Sequence record: OR352947.1
Length of the DNA: 64,000 bases
From: Escherichia phage AV117
Strand: one strand, 5' to 3'
The notes under the pieces were generated by a model, which was not told the origin of the DNA, ran no database searches, and saw only the letters and a program-made list of their open reading frames with translations. The position numbers and the translations under genes were made by a program. Numbering within the stretch: position 1 is the first letter of the stretch; the number at the start of each line of letters is the position of its first letter. Shown here piece after piece: positions 33,577 to 41,972 of the stretch.

Positions 33577-34902
33577 TCAAAGTGCCTCCAAGTCTTTAGT
33601 GTACTCTGTCACAACATCAGTAGACTTCCAATACTCATTTTCTTCTTTCTTAGCTTTAGCTTCTTCTGCCAGTTTACGCGCTTCGTCGGAAGTGATATGG
33701 AAGATGTTAAGACCTACAAGTTTATCGACATGTTCTTTATACATTTCGATTTGTGCCAGCTCTTCAGTCAAAGCTTTACGAGTCTTGCCCTGAATCACAA
33801 TTTCACCTGTAATAACTTTTTTGATGAAGTGTGCCTTAGCAAAAGCCAGTTTAAATGCTTTTTCAGATTCAAGGATTTTGTTGTCAATACGTTTCTGAAC
33901 GTAAGTCTTACGGACTTCAACAAAATCTTTGATTAAGTCCACTACGTTATCGTAGACAGCTAATTTACCCTTTTCATTAATCACTGTGATGTTTTGCGAA
34001 CGACGTTCGATGAGACTAAAATCTTTCATGATTTTTTCATGACGTAGCTCTTCATCATCAGGAAGCGAGTACTCTTTACGGAACTTCACCTTAAACCCAA
34101 AGCCGTGTTCACCGCAATCATCTTCCCATGAGATTAGACCTTTGTCTTCCAACGGGTCAAGAACCTTACTCACATACGTTTCACGGTCGAATTTATATGG
34201 GATTTCAGTTATCTGCATTTGAGTGCGAGATGTGAACTTATATGTTCCGTGAATCTCATAACGCCCATCAACTTCATGTACTTCACCACGGAATTCCGGA
34301 AATTCAACTTTTGGCTTAGTGACATTTTTACCTTGAAGAGCTTGTAATACAGCCTTTTTGACTGATTTAAAACTATGAGGCAGAATATTTGTTGCGTAAC
34401 CGGTTGCAATACCAGAGACGCCATTCAAAAGAACTGTCGGAATAATAGGAAGATAGAATTTTGGTGGAATGTGTTCTTTATCTTCATGAGCCGGAGCATA
34501 TTCAGTATCTTTATATACGTTATAGAAATTTTTACTTACACGAGCAAAAATATAACGAGATGCTGCAGCTTTTTGGACTGTTCGAGAACCAAAGTTGCCT
34601 TGGCCATCTAACAGTGGATAGTTGTTGTTCCATGTGTTAGCCATCAATGCACCTGCATCTTGTGCAGAAGATTCACCATGGTGATAACCTAAATCTGCAA
34701 CACCGCCTGCAATTGACGCAAGTTTATGAAATTTTTCTTTATTACCACGAGCCAAATCTAACGCACGATGAACCACAAAACGTTGAACCGGCTTAAATCC
34801 ATCAATCATGTTTGGGATTGCACGGTTTTCAACGGTGTACATCGCATATGCTAAGGCTTCGTTATCAATAATACTTTTTAGATTACGAGAATTCAATTGC
34901 AT
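33577..34902 (-). CDS. 52: DNA topoisomerase II medium subunit gp52
   Basis: 441 aa; GyrA-like N-terminal domain with active-site Tyr region; matches T4 gp52. Confidence 0.95.
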   Translation of the reverse strand: MQLNSRNLKSIIDNEALAYAMYTVENRAIPNMIDGFKPVQRFVVHRALDLARGNKEKFHKLASIAGGVADLGYHHGESSAQDAGALMANTWNNNYPLLDGQGNFGSRTVQKAAASRYIFARVSKNFYNVYKDTEYAPAHEDKEHIPPKFYLPIIPTVLLNGVSGIATGYATNILPHSFKSVKKAVLQALQGKNVTKPKVEFPEFRGEVHEVDGRYEIHGTYKFTSRTQMQITEIPYKFDRETYVSKVLDPLEDKGLISWEDDCGEHGFGFKVKFRKEYSLPDDEELRHEKIMKDFSLIERRSQNITVINEKGKLAVYDNVVDLIKDFVEVRKTYVQKRIDNKILESEKAFKLAFAKAHFIKKVITGEIVIQGKTRKALTEELAQIEMYKEHVDKLVGLNIFHITSDEARKLAEEAKAKKEENEYWKSTDVVTEYTKDLEAL

Positions 34903-34906
34903 ATTT

Positions 34907-35047
34907 TCACCATATTAATGAACGAATAACCATTATAACATCTGAAATGAAAAGCACTACTTGGACTAGCCCAAACATCACACCGTAGTACAGAACCGTA
35001 AGCAACAACAAGAGCCCGAAGGCTCCTGCTAAGATTTTCTTAATCAT
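34907..35047 (-). CDS. small hydrophobic membrane protein, 46 aa (MIKKILAGAFGLLLLLTVLYYGV...)
   Basis: Manual translation; below ORF-track cut-off; hand-counted coordinates. Confidence 0.4.
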   Translation of the reverse strand: MIKKILAGAFGLLLLLTVLYYGVMFGLVQVVLFISDVIMVIRSLIW

Positions 35048-35193
35048 TGCTCGCCTTTTAATACGTTAAGAAGAGCTAAGACCGCTAAGGTACCTTGTGA
35101 CACAGCCTGTTGAAATACTGTTGTTTCGCCTGTAACTAAAGTGTTAACGAATAAAAACGACCAACATAGCAATGCAATAATCCATGCTACCAT
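35044..35193 (-). CDS. small hydrophobic membrane protein, 49 aa (MVAWIIALLCWSFLFVNTLVTGE...)
   Basis: Manual translation; GAGGT RBS; stop overlaps next start (ATGA). Confidence 0.4.
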   Translation of the reverse strand: MVAWIIALLCWSFLFVNTLVTGETTVFQQAVSQGTLAVLALLNVLKGEQ

Positions 35194-35245
35194 TTTAATT
35201 ACCTCAAAAATAAATTAAAGGCCTAGCTTAATAGGCCCGTATAAA

Positions 35246-35692
35246 TTAGTAACTCTGCAGAATGAATTTGAAATTATCTGCCAGAAGACGGTTCATTTCA
35301 GTGAGTGTTTGATATTCTGATGTATGATTGCGAGTGAATGCCAGAGCCAATTGCCCTTTACCATAACCTGTAGTCAGGGGTTTCATGTTCTTAGCTGCAA
35401 CAAAGATTACATCATATTCAATATTGTTAGTGCCCATAGTACGGGCTAGTTGCGAACGGCCTTGACGAATGTGAGAAAGAATTGCGTCCAACCCTTGTTT
35501 AGAACGTTGACGTCCTACAAAGAATCGTGCTGCTACTTGTCGCCAATCAGATGAACCTTTAACAAAGAAGTAAAAACCTTCACGAGAACGAAACTCTTTA
35601 GAAACTTCAGAACCGTATTCGCCATTACGAACTACTGCAACAACTTCACCACCAACTGCCAGAAGGTCTTTACGAGTTAAATATTTGGACAT
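35246..35692 (-). CDS. ndd: Ndd nucleoid disruption protein
   Basis: 148 aa; conserved block RFYVGNQRSKQG..LSHIRQ.RSQLART...[37 protein letters not shown] matches recalled T4 Ndd. Confidence 0.85.
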   Translation of the reverse strand: MSKYLTRKDLLAVGGEVVAVVRNGEYGSEVSKEFRSREGFYFFVKGSSDWRQVAARFFVGRQRSKQGLDAILSHIRQGRSQLARTMGTNNIEYDVIFVAAKNMKPLTTGYGKGQLALAFTRNHTSEYQTLTEMNRLLADNFKFILQSY

Positions 35693-35736
35693 GCTAATTT
35701 CCTCAATTGATTAATGTTTTTGTAATCCATGAGAGC

Positions 35737-35766
35737 ATTATACTCTGCTCTCAAGAGTTTGTACAA
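35737..35766 (-). promoter_or_regulatory. early-type promoter-like element (variant -35 TTGTAC, -10 TATAAT) with GAGAGCA/TGCTCTC inverted repeat
   Basis: Near-duplicate of element at 6946-6981. Confidence 0.4.
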
Positions 35767-35768
35767 TT

Positions 35769-35969
35769 TTATTCGGTTATATCAGAACGTTCAAAAAGCT
35801 CTTCAACAGTTAAACATTCTGTGTCATCCTCAATAAAGAATCGGGTCCAACACGTTGGGGCGATACAGTTATGAGTTTGTCCGGCGATAGAAGCTACACG
35901 AATAAGCTGCTGACCATTATTCAGAACAAATTTTTCACCAATTTCAACATCTTTAAAAAGCTTAGCCAT
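35769..35969 (-). CDS. hypothetical protein (66 aa)
   Basis: ORF track. Confidence 0.45.
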   Translation of the reverse strand: MAKLFKDVEIGEKFVLNNGQQLIRVASIAGQTHNCIAPTCWTRFFIEDDTECLTVEELFERSDITE

Positions 35970-35979
35970 TGATAGGACT

Positions 35980-36009
35980 ACTATACCATAATCCTACCTT
36001 GATGTAAAC
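35980..36009 (-). promoter_or_regulatory. early-type promoter-like element (-35 GTTTAC, -10 TATAGT)
   Basis: gtaaac 36004-36009. Confidence 0.45.
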
Positions 36010-36198
36010 AATTAAATTACATTAAAATATGTTAAAGCCAACCATGTTCCAGTGAACGAACATGCGATGTAAAAACCCGTATCACAAATTGTTCTTAGTA
36101 CAATAAGTGCATTTTTCATAAGTACCTCAATGCAATTGAAAATATTATACAAATCATAGGGATACTAAGCAACCATATTCCGATCCACATTTTAGAGC

Positions 36199-36462
36199 TC
36201 ATATCTCAACTTCCGCGAGTTCCATATATCCTTTGTTGATAACCTCTTTAAGGTCTTTAGAAAGAATAACACTAAAATGGTCGTTCATGTGTCCATTAAC
36301 CAGACGAGTTATTTCGGCTTCAGATGACATATAAGGCACGTCTGAGTCCCAATGAGATAGACCCAAATGGGTATAAATCATCCCTTCGTCATCTGCAGTG
36401 TTGTACATTGAAACAAATTCGCCTGTTACTTTATGTTTTGCGTAGAAAAATTTAAATTTCAT
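36199..36462 (-). CDS. hypothetical protein (87 aa)
   Basis: ORF track. Confidence 0.5.
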   Translation of the reverse strand: MKFKFFYAKHKVTGEFVSMYNTADDEGMIYTHLGLSHWDSDVPYMSSEAEITRLVNGHMNDHFSVILSKDLKEVINKGYMELAEVEI

Positions 36463-36488
36463 GATGTTATCCTCTTTTAGATAGGACT

Positions 36489-36518
36489 ACTATATCATAG
36501 TCCTACTTAGTTGTAAAC
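36489..36518 (-). promoter_or_regulatory. early-type promoter-like element (-35 GTTTAC, -10 TATAGT) with TAGGACTA/TAGTCCTA inverted repeat bracketing -10
   Basis: gtaaac 36513-36518. Confidence 0.5.
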
Positions 36519-36530
36519 ACTTTTATGAAA

Positions 36531-37088
36531 TTAAAGTTGAAGATACCACCCGTTGTAGTTGCTCTTGCGGACGATTTTCTTTAGGTCTTCATGGTCTCCC
36601 ACGAACTTTATAGAATAAGAGAAGACGTCAGGTGAGGTTTCTTTGACATCTAATATAATAATGCAATCTGCGACTCTATGGTTCAAGAAGGGCCCTATAT
36701 TGATTCCATTACCACCCGGATAATCACCGCTGTATCCTGTGGTAACCGAAATCCATTTAGAATCTATCTGGTGTGTCTTGACTTCTACACGAATTCCACA
36801 ATACTTGGGGTGGGCCAACACGTCCCATGCATACGTGTACGGGTCTTCTACGTCTTCAATACCTTTATTAACATACCCGTCTAGCCAATTTGCTACTACA
36901 TACTCTGCAAAGACCGCAACCTTACAACGTCGAACTACATCTTCTTTGTTTTGGCCAGGATTTTGGCTCAGGGAATACCGAGCAGTGTCAGCAATCTTCA
37001 CCTTCATTTCACTAGTCAAAAACTCATTCGACAGGATAAATGTCGGAAGATTCTTCAGTCTCAACAGTCCCAAGTTCGTCTTTACCAT
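36531..37088 (-). CDS. denB: endonuclease IV-like (DenB), start chosen at internal ATG with GAGGT RBS
   Basis: Synteny (adjacent to rIIB) and 185-aa length from ATG at 37088; ORF-track start 37151 lacks RBS. Confidence 0.55.
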   Translation of the reverse strand: MVKTNLGLLRLKNLPTFILSNEFLTSEMKVKIADTARYSLSQNPGQNKEDVVRRCKVAVFAEYVVANWLDGYVNKGIEDVEDPYTYAWDVLAHPKYCGIRVEVKTHQIDSKWISVTTGYSGDYPGGNGINIGPFLNHRVADCIIILDVKETSPDVFSYSIKFVGDHEDLKKIVRKSNYNGWYLQL

Positions 37089-37311
37089 AGATACCTCTGA
37101 TGTGTAGTTCGCCAAAATAAATGCGGTCACCTTCTTCAAGATATTCTGCATCTACCGGTGGGATTTCAATAACAACTTCGTCGCATTCTAACCAGCCGTA
37201 GTGTGCATCACCAGGATGTTTTACCAATTTAGCGCAATAAACTGATTTACACTTATGATGACCACGAAGATTAGCAATTTTGGATTCTGATACGTCAAAT
37301 GGATGAATCAT
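37024..37311 (-). CDS. hypothetical protein (about 95 aa from ATG at 37311), 3' end overlaps denB 5' end
   Basis: ORF track 37024..37362 would overlap rIIB and the hairpin; shorter start follows hairpin. Confidence 0.4.
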   Translation of the reverse strand: MIHPFDVSESKIANLRGHHKCKSVYCAKLVKHPGDAHYGWLECDEVVIEIPPVDAEYLEEGDRIYFGELHIRGIYGKDELGTVETEESSDIYPVE

Positions 37312-37330
37312 AATTACCCCTAAAGAAAAA

Positions 37331-37346
37331 GGGGACCGAAGTCCCC
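37331..37346 (-). terminator. UUCG-tetraloop hairpin (GGGGAC-UUCG-GUCCCC) after rIIB
   Basis: Perfect 6-bp stem 6 nt after rIIB stop. Confidence 0.55.
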
Positions 37347-37351
37347 AATTA

Positions 37352-38299
37352 TTATTCTGCAAATAATTCAGTAACGTCTGAAATTACTTCATAACGACAA
37401 GTACGCATCTTAGCATCACCGTAGTCAACTGGGATAGATACAACATCACGTGGATGAACTTTAACCTTAACAACTTTATCTGAGCTAGAACCAAAGTAAC
37501 GAATATATGATTTAGCACAAACATGTAGACCACGGGAGCAGGTTTGAGTATCATCATCGTTAACACGAGTACGAGGCATTGAAACAACTTTACCAGGCGA
37601 GTTATCAAATGTGCCGCTATAGCAATCTAAATAGTCCTTACGAACTACTTTCCACGCATAGAAATGCCCATCTTCAGTGATTTCAATATCGTTTGCAACC
37701 AAGAAGTCGAATAAACGTTGTACAGCTTTTTCGCTTGGGTTTTCTAACAGGTTTTCAAGGAATGGCAGATAGAATTTAAAGTCTTCGCCTTTTTCCATGG
37801 AATCAATAATACGGTTAACCAGTCCTGAACGAATTTCTATACCTTGATAAAATAAACTACCACCTTCAATAGTAACATTACCGTCAACAAACTTACTAAT
37901 AGCTTTCTTGATGTTAATAAGTTCGACAGCTTTACTAAGGTTTCCTGCGACCAAATTAGCTTTAATTTCTTCAAAATTTGCATGACTTGATGGGGTCGCA
38001 TTGTATGCTACGCGTCCTTCAATAATTGAAATAAATTTAGATGACGCGTTCCATACGATTTCTGGACGATGACCGCCGATAATAGGTTCATCATTTTCTG
38101 GAACTTCTTCGATTACATAAGAGGCATCGTTTGCTTCAGGGACAACGCCTTCTGCTTTAAAATTCTTAACAATCTTACGAAGAGTATCTGTTGAAATGTC
38201 GAAGTAATCGGCAATTTCTTTACGAGTCCATTTGCCCGATTCAACCAGGCCATAAGCTTCTAACTGTTCTTCTTGGGACAAGCATTTAATATTGTACAT
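37352..38299 (-). CDS. rIIB: rIIB membrane-associated protein
   Basis: 315 aa; long C-terminal block identical to recalled T4 rIIB (LFDFLVANDIEITEDG.FYAWKVVR...). Confidence 0.9.
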   Translation of the reverse strand: MYNIKCLSQEEQLEAYGLVESGKWTRKEIADYFDISTDTLRKIVKNFKAEGVVPEANDASYVIEEVPENDEPIIGGHRPEIVWNASSKFISIIEGRVAYNATPSSHANFEEIKANLVAGNLSKAVELINIKKAISKFVDGNVTIEGGSLFYQGIEIRSGLVNRIIDSMEKGEDFKFYLPFLENLLENPSEKAVQRLFDFLVANDIEITEDGHFYAWKVVRKDYLDCYSGTFDNSPGKVVSMPRTRVNDDDTQTCSRGLHVCAKSYIRYFGSSSDKVVKVKVHPRDVVSIPVDYGDAKMRTCRYEVISDVTELFAE

Positions 38300-38308
38300 A
38301 ATGTTTCC

Positions 38309-40522
38309 TTATTTGGCCGCTTCCACGGCCTTCATGAATTTAACGATTTGAGCGACCTGTTCTTTGGAAAGAGTACCACGTCGTCCCATGTATTCCGACA
38401 CAATATGATAATTGGTTTCGAATTCAATAACCATTTTATCATCATTATCGTAAGCATTATCTTTAAGCTTATCGAAAATTTTAGCACACAGTTCTAACTT
38501 CTTATTCAGATCTCTGTTAGTAGCACCTGAGAATCGATTCCATCCCCATCGATTATTTACTGTTGAAAGTTTTGCAAAATCTTTACTGATTTCTTTGTTC
38601 TTAGAGCTAAAATACTTACTAAGGAAGTTAAGCTCTTCATTACGAGTAATATGATTCAAATAAGGCTGTGCTCTACGACTTGGTGATACATACTCATCAT
38701 AATCTACTTTATCGATTAGCATAATATAGTCATTAATTGATTTTTCGAACAAGCATTCTACTTCACCAAGTTTACGAACTTTCTTAGCAATCTGTGGACG
38801 GACTACAGTGAACTCTTTAATACCTGACAAATCAGCAATACGGGTCAAGAAATTGGAGTCATAGTTCAACCAACCTTTATCTGCGTCAAGACATTCAGCA
38901 TTAGAACGATTACGAACTATAGCATAACCTTGGATTTCATCAGCTTCACTCGCCGGAATAAAGAGATCTTCTGATACCCAAACATCGTTTTCATTCTTAA
39001 AGAACCGATGAGCACTTGGGGATTTAGGACGAGGCCCATTAGAACGAGTCTTGACTTCAATCCATGGCTTAACGATTTGTAAAAGCTCTGAAGTCTTGTA
39101 CATGTTAATGTTGTCGCCATCAAAGATAACTTTAAGGCGTTCCAGAAGTTTCATTGCATCTTCGTCTGTAGGGTCAACGAATAGTACGCTTTTACCAAAA
39201 CCGCGTGGAACTTTACCTGTTAATTTAACCTCGTCTTTAGACATTTCAATTGAATTAAGAGCTCGCATTAATGGAACACGTCCCTTAACGTCGTCAATAA
39301 CAATTTCAACATTTTTAATGTTAATGCCAATCAGACTGTTAATTGAAATAGTTGACGATGAGCTACCACTTTCACGAATACGACGAAGACGAGGGTCTTC
39401 AATGATATCGTATACGACGCCTAGATTACACCATTCAGGTCCCATTTTAAAACGTTTGTACAACTCAGAATAAGTTAGTTGTTCTTTAGAATATTTCAGT
39501 GATTCAATATTAGAACCAGCTTTTTCCATGTATTTACGAGCTGTATAGCCAAGAGAATCGATTTCACGGAATACATGACGTGGATATTCACAATCAATCC
39601 ATTTCTTAGAATCTTCAGCAAATAATTTTGCATCGATTTCTGCAACACGTTTATGGATATTTGCTACTGTACGTTTATCAAATGACAATGCTTCACGAGA
39701 CGGGGCTACATCTAGTTCACCCATAGGGAATTTAATATAAGCTGTAGTGCATCGCGTCATCATCCATGTTTGTTCTTTAATAACACTTCCAATTGGATAT
39801 ACAATACCACCATAAACAGCCATGATATTACCACGTTCACCCCATGGAGCTTCCTTGGCCAAATATACATCATCGAATTCCGGGAAGTATTTGATATCTT
39901 TAACACCACGAACTTCTGCAATATCGCCGAGAGGACGCATAACATAAGCAATTTCGGATGCGAACTTTTCAAAATCTTCTGGGTTAACAGGCACAACTAC
40001 TTCAACGCCGGTCCGGTCATCAGGGCCCATCTTATCTACGAAGGTTGGCTTAATTTGTGGGCCTGTGTCATCTTGGTAGATTACGTAACCACGAACTTCA
40101 CCATTGTGATAAGACGTAAGGTTAAACGTATCAGTATATGCTAATGGAGCTTTAGAACCGAGTCCGAATCCACCGATGAAATCGTTACTCGATGTTTTAG
40201 TTGAAGCAAAATATGAGTTATAGATTCCTGGCTCTTCATCATTACCTCGAATGGTGAAATCACTCATACCAGGACCAAAGTCTCGAACTACAAAACGTGG
40301 GTCTAAACGACCTGGAGCCTGAACAATAAACTTATCAGTGCAACCATTAAGAATTTGTCCATCGATACAGTTTGTGATTAATTCACGTACACAAGCCAAT
40401 TCTTTGTTTGTATAAAGGTCATTAGACAAAATCTTATAAACTTTACTATTGCCTTGAATAGTAAATGCTGTGCTCTTACCGCCTGAACCAATAATTGTTT
40501 CTTTAGCCGTTTCAATAATCAT
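38309..40522 (-). CDS. rIIA: rIIA protein
   Basis: 737 aa; N-terminal region matches recalled T4 rIIA (MII.T.KETI.G.G.KS.AF.I....KV.KILS.DLYTNK). Confidence 0.9.
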   Translation of the reverse strand: MIIETAKETIIGSGGKSTAFTIQGNSKVYKILSNDLYTNKELACVRELITNCIDGQILNGCTDKFIVQAPGRLDPRFVVRDFGPGMSDFTIRGNDEEPGIYNSYFASTKTSSNDFIGGFGLGSKAPLAYTDTFNLTSYHNGEVRGYVIYQDDTGPQIKPTFVDKMGPDDRTGVEVVVPVNPEDFEKFASEIAYVMRPLGDIAEVRGVKDIKYFPEFDDVYLAKEAPWGERGNIMAVYGGIVYPIGSVIKEQTWMMTRCTTAYIKFPMGELDVAPSREALSFDKRTVANIHKRVAEIDAKLFAEDSKKWIDCEYPRHVFREIDSLGYTARKYMEKAGSNIESLKYSKEQLTYSELYKRFKMGPEWCNLGVVYDIIEDPRLRRIRESGSSSSTISINSLIGINIKNVEIVIDDVKGRVPLMRALNSIEMSKDEVKLTGKVPRGFGKSVLFVDPTDEDAMKLLERLKVIFDGDNINMYKTSELLQIVKPWIEVKTRSNGPRPKSPSAHRFFKNENDVWVSEDLFIPASEADEIQGYAIVRNRSNAECLDADKGWLNYDSNFLTRIADLSGIKEFTVVRPQIAKKVRKLGEVECLFEKSINDYIMLIDKVDYDEYVSPSRRAQPYLNHITRNEELNFLSKYFSSKNKEISKDFAKLSTVNNRWGWNRFSGATNRDLNKKLELCAKIFDKLKDNAYDNDDKMVIEFETNYHIVSEYMGRRGTLSKEQVAQIVKFMKAVEAAK

Positions 40523-40534
40523 ATTTTTCTCTCA

Positions 40535-40735
40535 TCACAAGTTACGTTTAAAAATTTCTGCTACTTCAAGAAGTTCTTCTTTAGTAGCTGTATCGGTTTG
40601 TATTTTATATCGAATTTCCTTAAAGCGTTCTTTAAAGGCTTCGGCTGATTCGATATCAAAAAATCTTTGGATAAGCCGGAATTCCCGGAGCACTGCTTTA
40701 TCAAAAAGTTCCAAGTCCACGTTATATGTTCTCAT
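40535..40735 (-). CDS. hypothetical protein (66 aa), rIIA.1-like position
   Basis: ORF track; synteny. Confidence 0.5.
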   Translation of the reverse strand: MRTYNVDLELFDKAVLREFRLIQRFFDIESAEAFKERFKEIRYKIQTDTATKEELLEVAEIFKRNL

Positions 40736-40827
40736 AATATTCTCTTCAGTAGATTCCTAGGGCACTATTACTAAAGACCATATAATCTATCATCTTATGT
40801 GTAATAGTGCCTCAGGCTATTCAGGAT

Positions 40828-41928
40828 TTACGCTGCGAAGATTTTATCCCACATCGCAACAACTGCATCTCGATTATACTTCTTCCATACTGCTTCAGCA
40901 CGTTTAACTCGAGCTTCGTATGTGTCAGTGAATTCTAATACAGCTTTTGTGTAAAGCGCAACTACTTCTTTCTTAGGAGTAGAGGAATCAATTTCTACAC
41001 GCACAGTATCTGGGTCGTATTCGAATGTCGCATGAGGATAATCCTTAAAAACTAACTGGATTACAGGGACACCTTTAGAGATAGCTTCAATAGAACTATT
41101 CTCTACTGTACCCGTGTCAGGACACGTATTAATAAGTGCTTTAGCTGTTTTAAGACGTTCCATGATTTCACTGTGTGGAGCATCAATAATAACAGGATAT
41201 TTAGCTGGTGGTGCCCATTTGCTTGGACAGTATCCTGCGCCATTTTCGCCTAGTGCTTTAATCGCTTCAAGAGCAACATCAGTACGACGCATTTTAGTGT
41301 CATAACGTTGTGCACTAATAATCAGATCAGTCGCCGGAAGAACTTCAGGTTTCTCATTCAAACAAATAACCGGATAATCTTCGGCTTCAAACAACGGATT
41401 TGCTCGCCAATAATCATAATCAATTTTGTCAGTCAGACCTGAAGTCATATAACAATATTTGCGTTCAAATTCACGGAAGGCTTTAGTAGGAGCATAACTC
41501 TTACCACCATTCTTATGAATTTGAATAGTCTGGTCCCAAATTTGAACAATGCCACGAGATACCGGTTCAAATGGTGTTGCCATAAAATTCTTATGAACTT
41601 TAGAGAGACCTGCGTCTTTAATTGCCTGAACGGTTAGTTTAGTCGGTTCCATAGTAACAACAAAATCGTATTCATGGATGCCGGCTAGTTCAACAATCTT
41701 ACGAGCCATAGTATAACTCATACCTAGACTGAATTTAGTCAGATGACCAACAGGATGGTGTGTAACTTTCCAGTCACCAAACGTGTCATTGTCAAAGCCG
41801 ATATAATCAATATCAGCACCGATGGACACAAGATATTTCAACACATTTAAATGTACTGCTTCAAGACCACCTTGTACACGGTCAGGATTAAATGGGACTG
41901 CACGAGATGGGATAAACATAACTTTCAT
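40828..41928 (-). CDS. GT-B fold glycosyltransferase-like protein (GT4-like E-x7-E region), candidate DNA or other sugar transferase
   Basis: 366 aa; segment DTGTVENSSIEAISKGVPVI resembles GT4 donor-binding motif; sits between rIIA.1 and gene 39. Confidence 0.6.
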   Translation of the reverse strand: MKVMFIPSRAVPFNPDRVQGGLEAVHLNVLKYLVSIGADIDYIGFDNDTFGDWKVTHHPVGHLTKFSLGMSYTMARKIVELAGIHEYDFVVTMEPTKLTVQAIKDAGLSKVHKNFMATPFEPVSRGIVQIWDQTIQIHKNGGKSYAPTKAFREFERKYCYMTSGLTDKIDYDYWRANPLFEAEDYPVICLNEKPEVLPATDLIISAQRYDTKMRRTDVALEAIKALGENGAGYCPSKWAPPAKYPVIIDAPHSEIMERLKTAKALINTCPDTGTVENSSIEAISKGVPVIQLVFKDYPHATFEYDPDTVRVEIDSSTPKKEVVALYTKAVLEFTDTYEARVKRAEAVWKKYNRDAVVAMWDKIFAA

Positions 41929-41954
41929 AATTAAGCCTTATTAAAATTAAAATG

Positions 41955-41972
41955 AAGCTCCCGAAGGAGCTT
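41955..41972 (-). terminator. UUCG-tetraloop hairpin (AAGCUCC-UUCG-GGAGCUU) overlapping gene 39 stop
   Basis: Perfect 7-bp stem. Confidence 0.5.
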
